A stretch of 61,790 nt of DNA, the filler included, from Diploschistes diacapsis (lineage: Eukaryota), in NCBI GenBank assembly GCA_023645945.1. It is 7 parts of 7 records of this genome, joined end to end, with 100 filler letters (N's around TTAATTAATTAA, not from the genome) between each part and the next. Parts side by side here need not be neighbours in the genome. Positions count along the whole stretch, not along the records: positions 1 to 28,081 come from JALAIB010000153.1; 6 more parts are not named here. One strand, written 5' to 3'. A program made the translations under genes and the position numbers. The notes under the pieces were generated by a model. That model was not told the DNA's origin. It saw only the letters and a program-made list of their open reading frames with translations, and ran no database searches. Below, in pieces: positions 1 to 13,405 of the stretch (position 1 is its first letter; each line of letters opens with the position of its first letter).

Positions 1-2149
1 GGGGGAAGAAGGTTAAGGGGAAACCGAGGGTTGCAAATAGTGCGAGGGGGAGGGAGTTGAGGGCGAATGCGGCGTTGGTCAGGTTGGGGGCTCAGAAGGT
101 TGAGCAAGAGATGGAGCAACAGAAGAAGGAAGAGGAGGGGAAGGAGAGCATTTCAGGTAGTGATTACGAGGAAGACATGAAAGGTGAGGACGCTGTTGAT
201 CTGAATGGGTCGAGGCTACTAGATGGGAAAGGCCAGGGTATGGTAAGGGTCTGTGAAGATGAGGACTCGAACGACGTTCATGTCAAGCAAGAATTGGACG
301 AGTTAAGGAGCTCTACTTGTTCTGTCTCGAGGACATAAAGTATATCTCAGCATCCTCGCTTACTAAAGTAGCACACACATGGCCGAGTACTCTTTCGACA
401 ATGTTGATTGGACCTCTTTATCATTTTTTACGCAGTGGGAATTCTCTAGCATCGACTGGTCTTTCGTACACTCATCCGACCAAGTTCAACCCTCCAGATC
501 GGACGAGTTTCTCGAGGAAGAAGAGGCATATTCATCGGAGAAGAAGGCCCACCTTGCGGCTCTGATTGCATATGACGACGAGAATTAAACAGTGACCACG
601 TTGCGGGACAGGATCAGACGACTGGGCCTCGCTTTGGGCATTACCTTCACTGCTGGTGACAGCACCTGGAACTCCTTTCGCCATTATAGGTTGTACGTGC
701 TGGCGGACGGTAGCAGAAGAGAATGCTTGTGGCATGTTTATAGTAAATATCATTGGGCAACCTACCACCTGGGCCAAACCCGAGAACAGCTGGTGTACGT
801 CTGCCAGCTGCTGTCTGACACGTGCTTTCTCCAAAGGGCTCGAATGCTGGTATTGTGTCGGCCTCCACACGCCATGGGACAGCTGAGATGCCTGAGAAGT
901 CCTTCAGTAGTCTCTATGACCACAATGAATCCGCCAAACCAAAGTGGTTGACTGTCCATCTACTCCTGGCCAAGCTTTCACTCGCTAAGTGGGAAGCAAC
1001 GTACTGGTTTGTGGGCTCTCTAGTAGCGATACTGGCCAGTAGTCCTCTCTGGTGCGAAGCCCCCGCTACGTTCTACTTCCTTACTCGCGAGAATATCAGC
1101 TTCGCACTATTGCTATGAGTGCAGGTAAAGTCCTAAACAACAACCTCATAACGCATTGCAATTTGGTCATGGTGGAGCTCAACCTTGACTCGTCTCATAT
1201 ATCAGAATACACGACCGTGCTCCGATTGCTTGAAACTCATTGGGCCTCTTGCGAGTATCTACCTTCCGAACCAAAATGGACCAGTCAGATGTTCAAGAAT
1301 CTATCAAGCCATGCCACGGGTCTACTAGACAAATTATGAGTTCCAAAAGCAGATGCCGATTGTTGTCCCACGATACCGTAGGGTGTCAGCCTTCAGGCCT
1401 GGCTTTCGAAAGCTGAACGTCTTGCTAGCTCACGCACCCCATCAAGATACGAAATACATCTTATATGCGAGCCAACATGATCGCGCTTCGCAGAATAACC
1501 GAGCAAGACCAAGTTGAAGCCAGATATTTAGAAAGCAAGTCGAGACGTCGCAGATGAATGCCCAAATTAGGTGCTCGAGTCGCCCAGCTCACGACCATGT
1601 TCTTGCCTCCAGCATCCACTGCGGTAAGATCCGGGTTTTATTTCAAGTTTGGCCCTCCCAACTTTCGAGTTATTCTGCCGAACGGAATCTCTTCAGCATT
1701 CTTTCCTCCAGCTGGACGATCACCTCGAATTCAAGGCGGTCGGTAAGCTCCAGATCTGGCTCGTCGTCACCGTATTAATGCCTCTCTATACGTTCCTGCT
1801 GTTCGTTGCTTGGAACGGATTTAGGTCTCGCCGTTAATCTGCGAACGATGGGGCGCCCCACAAGAACGACAACCAGGCACAAGAAAGGACCGGGAGGACC
1901 CAGATGCCCACTTACTGGAACCGATCCCTTTTGTCCAGACAAGTGCAGCAGAACTGGTGTCGTAAGTTGTGGACATCCGTAAGCGAAGAAAAGGGGATTG
2001 AGCAACTGACCGCAGCAGCAACGTAGATATTCTGTTCTCAGAGTGGATTGAACACCTGAGGAAAAGCTCCGAATACGGTGATTGAAGATGGGTACAGTTA
2101 TATGGACAGTTTTTATACTGAAACCTAACTGCTTAAGATACATCATACT

Positions 2150-3753
2150 CTTGCTATCCCCAACCCTTGCCGTACTCCATTCGTATAAGAAGGTGACGAT
2201 GAAATCCCACGCTTCCTTACTGTCCAACCTCTCGCAGACAGCATCCGGGCTGCTCTCCACCAACTGCTAGGGTGAATACGCCCCGGTACCGACAGCCAAC
2301 ATGCGGCAGCCGGCATGCTTCGCACTCTCCATGTCAAGCGGAGTGTCGCCGATGAGAAGCACATCGGAAGAATGAACCATGTCCACACTAGTATCCCTGC
2401 CAGCTTTCTATCTCTCAGCTGCTCTCGCAGTGTTGAGAGCTTCGCGGACCAAGCCGTAACGATCGCTGGCGCCGTCGCCGAAGGACGAGATGCTGCTGTC
2501 GAATTGGTTCATGTCAATGCCTGCGTCGCGCAGTTTGAACTCCGCGCCGGCTCGGTAGTTGCCCGTCAACAGACCGACCTCCGCTAGCGTGCCCGAGAGA
2601 CTGAGATTGGCGAGCCATTTCAGTGTGCCCCGCCGCGTCTGGGATAGGCTCAGTTCGGAAGCCTCTTTCACTGACTTGGTCAAGGACTAGGGATATACAT
2701 TGTAGAATAGGGTTGAAGGGACTTCAACCTTCTCTCCAAGTGCTTGATGGTGCGTCAAGATAGCTCCAAGCAGAGACCCGCCGGCGCCGCCATGGAGATT
2801 GGTGGGAGTATTCTCGTGGGTAATTGAACGACCGAGGAATGATCAGATATAGCTATAGTAAGCATCTACCGATAGCGCCGAAGCGGAGCAAAGCGTCCCA
2901 TCGATATCGAAGAGAACGAGTCTCGACGTCTTAGGTGGGCGAGGTTCCACGAGCACTCTGCAGAGTGAATCGCTCTCCTGTGAAGGAAGTTCGAGCGTGC
3001 AAGAACAGGTAGTTGTCGATTAAGTAGCACTGTCCTGGCTTCAGCGAAAGAGCGAAATTGTGTACGTTGATAATAGATTTGATGTCAGAGAAGCGGTCGA
3101 TGAGCGATGTGGACAGCTGGATTCCGTCGTCGAAGCGAAAGCGGAGTCGTTCCTTTCCAGGGTCGAAAATTGGCATCGGCTCGCACGCGCCAGAGTCTGC
3201 ACGGAACGAGGAGTATTCGGGGCCTGTTATCAACCTGTACAGCTCTGAGTCTTTCGAGCGCATGTGGCTGAGCACGGCTTGACCGTCTACGAGAACCGAT
3301 TCACCGCCGGTCTTAGACTTTATATGGAGGTTGGTGATCAATACTTGTGGTAGGTTTTCCCACCCAACGGCAGTTGGTGTGGTAGGAAAGCTCTGTCAAC
3401 ATCAGCTTCGATCTTCAAAGATGTTCAGGCTTCCATGCTTACCCTCCGAACTATATCGCTTTCTTATAGGCCCGACGCTGTTCGGATGTTGCTGACGCCA
3501 GGAATGCCCCCTGCTGGCTCGTTTCGAGGCTTCACGACTCGGGCCGAAGTATGAGCCTAGTTTTACCAAGGACTGTGCGTTGCAGCCATCGATAAAGGCT
3601 AGACCATCCCTGCAGAAAGGTTGGATATCTTGGGTAGGTCATTGATACTGTAGAATTTGGGCTCTGTCGGCAATAGTTTTTGGATGAAGTCCGGCCTTGG
3701 ATAGAAGAGGGACGCTTGCTACTGCGCCCTAAACCGCAGTTATTGGCGTGCAT
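2150..3753 (-). pseudogene. Disrupted TauD/TfdA-type Fe(II)/2OG dioxygenase + HAD-family phosphatase fusion gene (ends approximate)
   Basis: Dioxygenase part: ELSYHTN (HxD position), GGESVLVDG, LKPGQCYLIDNYLFLHARTSFTGER. After a 1-nt frameshift near 2965 it continues SLCRVLVEPRPPKTSRLVLFDIDGTL (HAD motif I), then LLTGN and IGDTPLDMESAKHAG. In-frame stops at 2843-2845, 2687-2689, 2408-2410 and 2267-2269, plus frameshifts in the 5' part. Confidence 0.8.
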
Positions 3754-6708
3754 TGTGCGGATAAGAAAGTTGTTAGAATGCCCCAGAAAGAGTACAACTA
3801 AGATAGAAAGATGGTGATGAATCCATGATGAATTGGAAGAAATGACGAGGACTTTATACAACAATTAATATACGGATATTTGTGCGCGTAAAGCATCTTG
3901 ATAAGTTAAAAAAATGTATGACTTGCCACCCTTTATATATTCTTGGGATACGATTAAAGCCCTGCTGATATACAACGGTCCTCTAAGATCGGTGGAGCTA
4001 AAAACTTCTCAACATGCTGAGAGATCGACCCTCCAGACTTCTTCCATGATGCCGGTCATTGCTCTTCTGGCGCTCGAGAAGTACTAGGATTCCAGGTCAC
4101 ATACTACATCCCAGTCGGAAAGTCTCAGAGACGGAGCCTCTGATGCAGGCCGACCACAGATCAGGCCAATTGATATAGGGAGATCATTTCAATGACACAC
4201 ATCTTGCATTCAAAACGAAACTCGAGACAAGCCAAGAATTTGCGGACATATTGTAACGAAAAGAAACCGAGTAAGGGATCTGAGCAAGTTACTAAAGCAT
4301 GTCTCCTCTCTTCCCATCATGCATCTAATCCATTATTTCAGGTGAGGGATGAAGGCTTCGCGTGCCAAGTTATCGCACATCAGTGGGCGCCAAGCTCCAT
4401 TCAACATATAGTATTGTTTGAAACCCAAAGGCAAATTTTGAAGGAATAGTTGCGTGACTAAGTGCCTTTCGAGACAAGCTCAATCCCAATGAATTTCCCT
4501 GCGGGTTTGGCAGTCGGATGCAACACACCAAGCAATATCCAAGGTTGAGTATCACATACGAGCTCTCAAAGCTCGTGTAGTTCAAAAAGACATAATAATC
4601 GTTTGCAAAAAAAGGAAGATATGCCAAGTTCGCTATGACAGGTCGGTAAGCACGACCCTAGATTGACGGTCACATACCAAAACCACTAAGGATCTACTAA
4701 GCATTCTTGACTCCTTTGGCGATAGGTGAATGTAGCTTACTTTGCAATACGCGTGAACTTCCAGGATGCTTGCTAGATGCTTTGGAAGCTACAAAGTCCG
4801 ATTTGAATACAACCTACTTCCCGTGTTTTAAATGTTAACTCGCTCGATTTCCTTTCTTGGGAGAATGGAGGCAAAAGAGTGGGGTGAGCTACCAGTTGAA
4901 CGGCAATAGAAGCTGTGGTACTGCTTATAACTAAGTCTAGGACGATGCGCCGTGCCCTAATTGCCCTAAATAAGCGCGAAGTGGACAAGTGATATTGCCT
5001 TAATAGGTCCTTTACCCAGAGAGGCAACAGTCCCCAAAATCACTACCCCTATATCCTCGGACTCCTCGAGGTCCGCTCCTTAACAGCCTTCAGATGTAAG
5101 ATCACAGAGCCATAAAAACTAAGCCTGTCAAACGGACGTTTCATCCCGCACCGACCAAGTGGCCAGACTAAGTGAAGGTTTCTTCGAAAAACGAAGTATT
5201 ACAAGACCCTATCCTCGAGATTCCTTCTTTGTATAGTAGTGTACACGCATCAGCCTTTATCGGCGTTCAAACGTTAACACGCCCCACTTCCTTCTTGTAA
5301 GTACAAAAGCAAAAACCAAGGGTTGATGCACTGGAGAGAAGTAGGGTGAGCTTGCAGTTGGAACGGTGAAAGAGGCTGTACTCCGTACAAAGTAGTAAGT
5401 ACCTCCAAAGCAACCATCAATGGCTGGATGCTGGGACTCTGCATAAGCTGACCGTACTAACGAGAACCGTCGTTAGTACCAGAAGCGGAATACAGAACTC
5501 GATTCTACTTTGCCTTCTCAAAGTCAGAGTTCCTAATCAACCATCATGGCGAAATACCACACGGTAGCAAAGCATTATCAACTCTCAATCACTGACTACG
5601 AGCTGGGGATGCGGTTCGCTTTCCTGCAAATGCGTTCCAGACACAGAGCCACTTCGGTGTCAAGGGTGTGCTTCAAGCATGGTGAATAAAAACGAACAAA
5701 GCGCGGCGAGGCTTCGTGTATAAGACTCTAGTCGCACGCCGATCTCAAAGATGAATAGGCGGCGAAGGGAAACGTCACCGCCTCACCGCAAACAAATACA
5801 TGCGAATCATACTACTTCGCGTCCACTTATTAAAATTAGCATCGAGAGCTGGGAAAAGTCCAGGTATCCGGGTTTGTATAGCGTATTATTGAGGTTGGAA
5901 CACGCTCAAGCTCGAAAGCTCTACACCAATTTTGATAATTCCTAAATCTTGCTAAAGCTGACACCGTGGGGGCCTGGCGGGATGGCGTCTGCTTTGATTC
6001 AGCAGACAGATGATGATCCGTCCTTTGATGAATTGGTCTGCAGGAATAAAGTACATTACACGTTGCTCGGGATGAGGATGGGATAGAAAATGGGGGATGA
6101 GGATGGAAGATGAAGATGAAGATGTCCGTTGCTAGTGCTTGCGGCCAGGTTACGAGGCTCCTGCCTTTCCGTGCAGATCGACTAACTCTACAATCACCTA
6201 CAAGGAAGAATACACTAAGGATCATCTCTTCTTTATTGCAATCCCAGACACTAAGGATTCATGGCTTCACATCGTTGTATTTAGCGCTTCGACACATCCT
6301 TTGCATGCTGCTGGAGATGGGAAATCGATATCACATGCGTCATAGCTGATGTTATCATAGGTCAAATCATACAATGAAGTAACTGTCTTCTCTACCGCCA
6401 GCTGAATCTAATACTCTGCGTCGATTGTTCTGGCACTCTACAGACGTGCACGAGAAAGCCAAGAGTTGTATTGTATACTGCAGGCTGCTCTTGTTTCAGG
6501 CCTTCATCGAAAAGAACGTGAAGCAAGGCAGTCTCTACCCATTGCCTGTTCTGCTGCATCGACCCCGGTTTGGAGATAATTGACCAAAGTGATATCGTCT
6601 TTTCCTAGGTTTGCTTGCAATGACTGTTGTCGGTCCTCATACTAGCTATCTCTCTTCTGTTCCCTCGCTCTCGAAGGCTGTAAATTGTTCTTTCTCGTCT
6701 GTCTTGCA

Positions 6709-8300
6709 ATGTCTCCAAGGACGAGTGTGTTAGCCATAGGCGGCCATGTCGTCCTGGCCAGAACTACTGTGTGGCTTGGAGAGAGGTTTGATCGTGCCTT
6801 TCGAAGTGTTGCCGCAACTGACCTCTGTTGCTAGGCACTATTGGACCTGTGACTGAAATGCCAGAATTCACCAACTCCATTGGAGAGCTTACATTCACGC
6901 AGCAAGGCATCTTCGTAGCTTGCATCCTTCTTCGATATCGCTCTCATCTCTTGCTAGTGGTTATTTCTGAGACAAGATTTCACGCAGATATGGCATCCTC
7001 ACAGCTGGATTGATCACTATGGCTAGTGCTGTACTTTCTGCCGCAGGTGTATACCTTGTGGAGATCCCACCAGTCGAAACACGAGGCATTACAGCTTGCC
7101 GACTACAGCTCTATGTCGTTGTTGGCATCTTAATGGGCTACTTCATTTATGTTTGGGACATGGACCCTCAATGGAAGCCTGGCTTGGAGGACCTCACTCA
7201 TCATCCAGGCCATGTTCGCTCTCATGCTGAGCATCGGCATATTCTTTCAACCTTCATCACCACGCTGGCTGATCTACAATGGTCGTAAGGATGAAGCAAG
7301 ATCTGTCCTCTAGAGCCTTAGGAGCACTCCGGAACGGGCTGAGTTGGAGATCCAGGAAATTGGGGCAAGCGTTGTGCAGGATACGAATAACACCCAATCC
7401 CGCTTCAAAGAAATGATCTCTACTCGGTACTACCAGTGTACTCTCCTCAGGGTCTTCCTAATGGGCTTCCAGCTGCTCACCGGCGTAAGATTCCCTCCCC
7501 ATCCGCCCTTGCATCCGGTACTGACTTAAAACCCCAAAGATAGACGCCATCTTCTACTTCGCCTCCATTCTCTTCAATCAAGCCGGCCTCACAGGCACCA
7601 GTGCTTCGTTACTCCCTCCGGCGTGACTGGCATCTTCATGCTAGCGAGCGCCATCCCCGCGCGGATCTGGATCGACAAGTAGGGCTCTGTACGCCACCTT
7701 TGGCATCGTCTCCGCCAATGGCGTGCATCTTGTGTCGACTAAAGCGCAGTGGATCGTGATCGTGATGATCTACAATTTCGTCGCCAATTTCTTGTGGTCG
7801 TGGGCTGTTGTGAGCTTCCATTCGTTTGCGATTCCCCTTCCCACATTCTACCTTACGCTTTTCCCCCACCTTCCCTCATCCGGAATGCCAATCTCGTCCC
7901 ATACTTTCCCGCCCTGCCCTCCAACTCCGCTAACCTCCCTTACCCCCAAAAGGGTCGGCAAAATCTACACCTGCGAGATAATCCCCACCCGCCTACGCGC
8001 CTCCGTATGCGCGGTCGAACAACTTGCGAACTGGGCCGTCAATTTCTGCGTCGCGCTGACGGCGCCCCTCTTCCTGCATGGGTCGCCCTCCGGACCGTAC
8101 TTTTTGTATGGGTTCGCCACGCTGCCTGCGGTTGTAGTGTGCTAGCTCATGCGTGAGATAAAGGGGAGGAGCTTGGAGGAGATCGAGCGGCTTTTCGAGG
8201 GGGTGGATGTTCGGCAGGCAAGGGAGGAGGAAAGGGAGCGAGAAAAGGGAAGGGGGAGAAAGGAGGAGAGGGGCTACAACGGGGGGCTGCGAATGTAGGA
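6709..8300 (+). pseudogene. MFS sugar porter family transporter pseudogene (ends approximate)
   Basis: Fragments spread over different frames: GTIGPVTEMP, VYLVEIPPVETRG...QLYVVVGI, PSSPRWL, FQLLTG/IDAIFYFA, CEIIPTRLRA, NWAVNF, REIKGRSLEEIE. Stops at 7311-7313 and 8143-8145 and several frameshifts. Confidence 0.8.
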
Positions 8301-9214
8301 ACTACTACGTTGTAGATGGGTTAAGAGAAAAGGAGGGAAGAGAGGAGGGGAATCGGGTCACTTTAGGCTATAAGTCTTGGAAACTTTGGTTTCCGCAAGA
8401 GCTTAAAGCACAAATAGTGACTGCCCTTTCGATGGTACACATTGTAACCACAAATCACTTCTCTGCACATATCCCATGTCCGATATCTACAAGTCTTATA
8501 TTGTGCATCCCCACGCTTCATTCCGCTCCTCACTGCAGCCTCCGCTCGATCCTCGCCAGCGCCTCCCTCGCCTGTAAACTCCCGCTTAAACCCAACTTCG
8601 CCTTCAACTCGCGAACAAGTATCTTCGCACCCGCTCTATTCTTGCGGGCCACAATACTCCTCAACATCCTCGCCGTGCTCGCCCCTCGCAGGCCCCGCCA
8701 GGATCAAGCCCTGCGCCGGCAACACCGCGACGCTGCAGCTCCGGGAGTAGTAGGTGCTGCTCAAGATCAGCAACCGGCTCGAAACTGCCATGTGCGGTTG
8801 GAGTAGAGGCCTGCGTTGGTGTAGCATGGGAGCTTCGCCGGTAAAAACGGTGAGTGATGTCGAGGGTACCCCATCTCGTAGCTGTGAACTTTTTCCATCT
8901 CGCTCTTTGGCCGTGTTAGACGTCCTTATTTGTTACATCTTCCCTAGCATTCCCTACTTTAGTCACTGATACTAGTCTCGTAGTCTAATGTATTCCATTC
9001 CAAGAAGTTGAGCATCAATTGAATGTACCCCAGGCGACGTATGCAGTAACACACTTCACCAATCCTGTTTTCCATCTTAGGACTTGTGAGGACAGTATTG
9101 TAGACTTCTTAATTCCGAGATTTTCTGAACCAGAACTCTACGGGCAGAGGTGCTAAGCCTCGTTGAATTGGCTACCAAACTCAACGATGGACTCCATGGA
9201 CTCCAAATACTTTC

Positions 9215-9227
9215 AACGTGGTTAGGG
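9215..9227 (+). promoter_or_regulatory. Putative ribosomal-protein promoter element (ACGTG followed by TTAGGG)
   Basis: AACGTGGTTAGGG lies about 200 nt upstream of the RPL19 start and resembles the element upstream of RPL18. Confidence 0.35.
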
Positions 9228-9420
9228 TTCGAGTAAAGTCATAATGCGGCTACGGAACAATGTTAATCCCTTAAAAGGTCAAGAGTCATCGCGCACGCCA
9301 AGACTTTTCTCGCTTAAGTGATTCTAGCGCCGTTTTCTATTCCCACGACCATTTACAAGTTCAAGCCAACGTCGAGCGTCTTCGCATGCTGGCATCCCAA
9401 GGGACCATCATCAAAGCAAT

Positions 9421-10429
9421 ATGTGAGTTCAGGCCCAAACCAGGATACATACTTCTTTTCACCTCTGTGGGAGCCACCGAGCACGCCGTGAAGATGGATT
9501 GCGAGCACACGAATGTGAACCCCTCACGTATTCGATAATATTGACCGCAGCCACTATCAATATAACACCTGTACTGACCATGCTCATCAACTTGCAGGAC
9601 CAATTTACGTATCCAGAAGCGGCTGGCGGCCTCGGTGTCGGGCTGTGGGAAGCGCAAGATCTGGCTTGACCCCAATGAAGTCAACGAAATCTCTACCGCC
9701 AACTCCCGCCAGGTAAGCCATCGCCCCGCTGAACTGATCTAGACATACTGAACCCATTCTGCAGACCATCCGCAAGTTGCTCGCCGATGGGTTAATAATT
9801 AAAAAGCCCGTTACGATGCATTCACGATCCCGCGCTCGAGAACTCAATCTCGCGCGCCGCATCGGAAGGCATCGCGGCTTCGGTAAGAGAAAGGGTACAG
9901 CGGATGCTAGAATGCCAAGGTAGGTTGTGATGTTGTTCCGGGCTTGAAAGAAAATTAGAGAGCGAGGAATAGCATTTCTAAATACTGAGTGTTCAATCGC
10001 TGACTATCGGTCCAGTCAAGTATTGTGGATGAGAAGGTAAAAGACACCGCGGGATATATGCTATACAATCTAACATATCAAGGCTCCGAGTCCTACGCCG
10101 CCTTCTTGTCAAATACAGAGCAGCAGGCAAAATAGACAAACATCTGTACCATGAACTGTATCACCTCAGCAAGGGTAACACCTTCAAGCATAAGCGTGCC
10201 CTTGTCGAACACGTAAGTCAAATGATCAGAGACTGCTGAGGTCAGACTGTGCTTGATGCTGACCTCTGTTTTTGTATAGATCCACAAGGCCAAGGCCGAG
10301 AAGAACCGTGAGCGCATTATCAAGGAAGAGATGGACGAAAGGCGTGCCAAGGTCAAGGCCGCCCGTGAAAGGAAGCGGGAGCGCCAGGAGACGAAGAGGA
10401 ACCAAATACTGGGGGATGATGCTGAGTAG
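9421..10429 (+). CDS. RPL19: 60S ribosomal protein L19 (eL19), 5 introns
   Basis: Spliced protein reads [28 protein letters not shown]...[34 protein letters not shown]...[14 protein letters not shown]. Introns 9423-9597 (splits the ATG as AT|G), 9713-9764, 9920-10015, 10037-10082, 10213-10279. TAG at 10427-10429. Confidence 0.97.
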
Positions 10430-10750
10430 GGTTGACGAGCTTTCTGTACTGATCTATGGGTCTGGGCCGAGTGCAAACCGGAGCTTTATTGATCCTTCAT
10501 TCTACGAAAGGAATGTTTGCGGATGCAATGGGAAGCTTCGTCCATCGTTCTGTCTGAGTACAATCATGAAATGCCCGTAATTGGTCCGTTGCCCATTTAG
10601 ATATGACGCTTAAAACACTTTCACCTGCAATCTCAATTGATGCACAGCTGTCATATCAAAGCTATTTACGTCAGGCTATATAATATGTACAAGAAACAAG
10701 CTCCAGATACAGCACCACTCATGCCGCAAGTGCGTCGTCGTCAACCTTCT

Positions 10751-13306
10751 TCACATCTGACTTCTAACCTTGGGCATCTTCTTCCTCCCCTCTCCCAAAT
10801 CCTCTTTCTTGTGAAAATGCGGCGCCACCTCCACCAGCCACTCCGGCTTAATCGGCATGGCGCTGCGCATGTACTCCTTGGACGTCAACACGAGCTCGTG
10901 GTACAGGATGAACCTCGGGGGCGGATTCTGCGCCATCAGCGTGCTGCTCGGGTGTATGTAGGCGCTGACGTTCGACTTCTCCGTCGTGTACCCCTGCCCG
11001 TCCCTCCGCAGGCGGGCCACGTGCGGGAAGAAGCCCGCTGTGATGGCTTTCTGGACGGGCACCAGGTCGTTGGCGCCTACGGACGACAGAGAGACCTCGA
11101 CGCGCTGGCACAGGTTCTCGAGCTGGTCGCGCACGTCGCGGGCCCGTTTGAGGGAGCGGTACTGGATGAAGTTCTCTTTGGCCCAGATCATGCTGAAGTC
11201 GTTGTCGAGCCACTCGTTCCAGACGTTCAGCAGCGTGAAGTGGTCGCCGCCGTCCCTGTTCGTGAAGCGGGCCCGCGCGCTGTCCGCATGAATTTTCTTG
11301 TCGGCTGGTCGGAAGAAGAGGGCGGAGGCTTCGCCGAGCATGCTGACGATAGAGAGGACCTCGTCGACGCATTTGTACTTGTCCGCGGCGAGGATGGCTT
11401 TGGCGAGCATAGGGTCTGTTGGGAATTCGGCCATTTGCCTGCCGATTTTCGTAAGCTCGCCCTTATCGTTGAGGGCACCGAGGGCGTAAAGAGATTCGAG
11501 GGAGCGGATGAGGGTTTCGGCAGGGGGAGGATCCATGAATTCGAAGTCAATGAGCTCATTGATACCGAGGGATTTAAGAAGGAGGACAACACTATCGAGA
11601 TTCGTTCGTTGAATCTCGGGGGTAGTACTTTCCTCGAGCTCATTGAGAAAGGCCCATTTCGTATATAGCCTGAACACAGAACCTGGCCCAACCCGACCCG
11701 CTCGGCCTTTTCGTTGGTTGGCTGCTGCTCGAGAGATGGGTGTGGTGACTAGTGATTCCATGCCTGTTTTGGGGTTATAGACGTTTTCTTTAACGAACCC
11801 AGGGTCTATCACGAAAACTATGCCGTCGATAGTAAGACTGGTTTCGGCAATATTCGTAGCGAGAACGATCTTGCGGGCCCCTGGCGGTGTTGGCTCGAAT
11901 ATTTTGGTCTGAAGTTCTGATGGTAAGTTCGCATAGATGGGACAAATGACAATTTCTGCCATCATCTTCCCAGCCGTTCGAGCAGTGTTGGATAACATCT
12001 CTTCCATGGCTTCGATCTCATCTTGGCCCGTAAGGAACACCAGAATATCTCCTGCGTTCTGAGTCATGTGAATTTGGAAAACGGTGGTGACGGCGGCGTT
12101 TAGATAATTTGCTTCAGGCTGAGGAGTGTAGTGAACAGTCACGTCAAACATTCGACCAGGTACGTTTAGAATCGGAGCATCGTCGAAGAATTTAGAAAAC
12201 TTCTGGGCATCTAGCGTAGCCGAGGAGATAAGCAATTTCAAGTCAGGCCGGAACTTAGTGATATCTTTGACCAACCCGAAGAGTATATCAGTATGTAAAG
12301 TCCTCTCGTGGGCTTCATCAATCATCAAAGCTGAGTAGGCCCCCAGATCCGGTTCCGTTAAGAATTCCCTTAACAGCATTCCATCAGTCAAGTATTTCAC
12401 TACTGTCTTCTCTGAAGTGTTGTCTTCGAATCGGATTGAGTAGCCGACTTCGTTGCCAACTTTCACACCCATCTCATCCGCTACACGGCTAGCTACACTC
12501 ATAGCAGCTACACGTCGTGGCTGCGTACAGCCTACCTTCATTCCATTCTTCGTGTAGCCCGCTTCATGTAGGTACTGCGGTATCTGGGTAGTTTTGCCGC
12601 TCCCTGTTTCCGCAACAACGATGATAATCTGGTACACCTTCAGCGCATCTAGTAGCTGCTCCTTATATTGGTACATTGGAAGACTCTTTCTTTGCTCTTC
12701 AATAGTCTTGGCCTTCTTCACTACTTCATCGAGCCTCTTTGTGAGCGCCACCTGCTCTTTCGACATGGTCTGACCACTAGCAATCCTGTCCATGACGAAC
12801 TTTATTCTTTGGTTATCATCGAAAACATAGTCCCAATCATCTAAGGCAACTGGATCCTTAAGTGCCTGCGCTTTTGCCCGCGCGGTCTGCTCGTTCTCCC
12901 ACATCTGGTGCTCACTGACATACTTCTCCTGGCCATATTCGTCTTTTTCAACATGTCGACGATTTAGAGCCTCCTCCTTAGCCTTCATGTCCAACTTCCC
13001 CTTCTCCGTGATGTAGTCGTCAGGCAATGCATAGCCATCCGTGGAGTCATTTACGAGGTGCCGCTCATCGGTGAGCCTAAGAATTTCCCGATTTTTGATA
13101 AATTCGGCGCGCTCTCTCGCAGTGAGGTTCGTGGTCGATCTTTCTTCTTCAGCTTCCTCCGCGACCTGTTTGCGGAGGAGAGCAAGCTGCTCTGCTTCTC
13201 TCTTTTTCAAATACTCTTGCCTTGCCCGTTGCCTGATCTCGGGCAGAGCTTTGCTTCTCGCTTCCGGATCATTCGCGAGCGCTCTGCGGTCTCTTCCTCG
13301 ATCCAT
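10751..13306 (-). CDS. PRP2: Pre-mRNA splicing DEAH-box helicase of the Prp2/Cdc28/DHX16 family
   Basis: 851-aa intronless ORF with [23 protein letters not shown] and QRKGRAGR, followed by an HA2/OB-like C-terminus. The N-terminal RQEYLKKRE...[15 protein letters not shown] segment is typical of Cdc28/DHX16. Confidence 0.92.
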   Translation of the reverse strand: MDRGRDRRALANDPEARSKALPEIRQRARQEYLKKREAEQLALLRKQVAEEAEEERSTTNLTARERAEFIKNREILRLTDERHLVNDSTDGYALPDDYITEKGKLDMKAKEEALNRRHVEKDEYGQEKYVSEHQMWENEQTARAKAQALKDPVALDDWDYVFDDNQRIKFVMDRIASGQTMSKEQVALTKRLDEVVKKAKTIEEQRKSLPMYQYKEQLLDALKVYQIIIVVAETGSGKTTQIPQYLHEAGYTKNGMKVGCTQPRRVAAMSVASRVADEMGVKVGNEVGYSIRFEDNTSEKTVVKYLTDGMLLREFLTEPDLGAYSALMIDEAHERTLHTDILFGLVKDITKFRPDLKLLISSATLDAQKFSKFFDDAPILNVPGRMFDVTVHYTPQPEANYLNAAVTTVFQIHMTQNAGDILVFLTGQDEIEAMEEMLSNTARTAGKMMAEIVICPIYANLPSELQTKIFEPTPPGARKIVLATNIAETSLTIDGIVFVIDPGFVKENVYNPKTGMESLVTTPISRAAANQRKGRAGRVGPGSVFRLYTKWAFLNELEESTTPEIQRTNLDSVVLLLKSLGINELIDFEFMDPPPAETLIRSLESLYALGALNDKGELTKIGRQMAEFPTDPMLAKAILAADKYKCVDEVLSIVSMLGEASALFFRPADKKIHADSARARFTNRDGGDHFTLLNVWNEWLDNDFSMIWAKENFIQYRSLKRARDVRDQLENLCQRVEVSLSSVGANDLVPVQKAITAGFFPHVARLRRDGQGYTTEKSNVSAYIHPSSTLMAQNPPPRFILYHELVLTSKEYMRSAMPIKPEWLVEVAPHFHKKEDLGEGRKKMPKVRSQM

Positions 13307-13405
13307 GGTGGTTATTGAATATATGTTTCAAACCTGCAAGGTCGCAAGAGAGAGTTCTGGGTGGTTGAACTCATGCAGGCTGGGGTACAAGAGATGTCGC
13401 GCGGC

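Noticed and set aside
1..590. Acidic ORF fragments at the window start (and a Lys/Glu/Gly-rich minus frame at 56000-56187)
   Set aside because: They may be tails of genes cut by contig ends, but they are low complexity and unassignable.
9421..9598. Start codon split by an intron (AT|G) in RPL19
   Set aside because: The split is real but is a known conserved feature of fungal RPL19 genes.
9920..10015. Possible C/D snoRNA in RPL19 intron 3 (GTGATGT...CTGA)
   Set aside because: The C box is imperfect, there is no terminal stem, and I recognise no rRNA-complementary guide.
10637..11668. Long antisense ORFs (343 aa here; also 27100-28005 and 50736-51731)
   Set aside because: They are shadows of GC-rich codon usage in real genes on the opposite strand.
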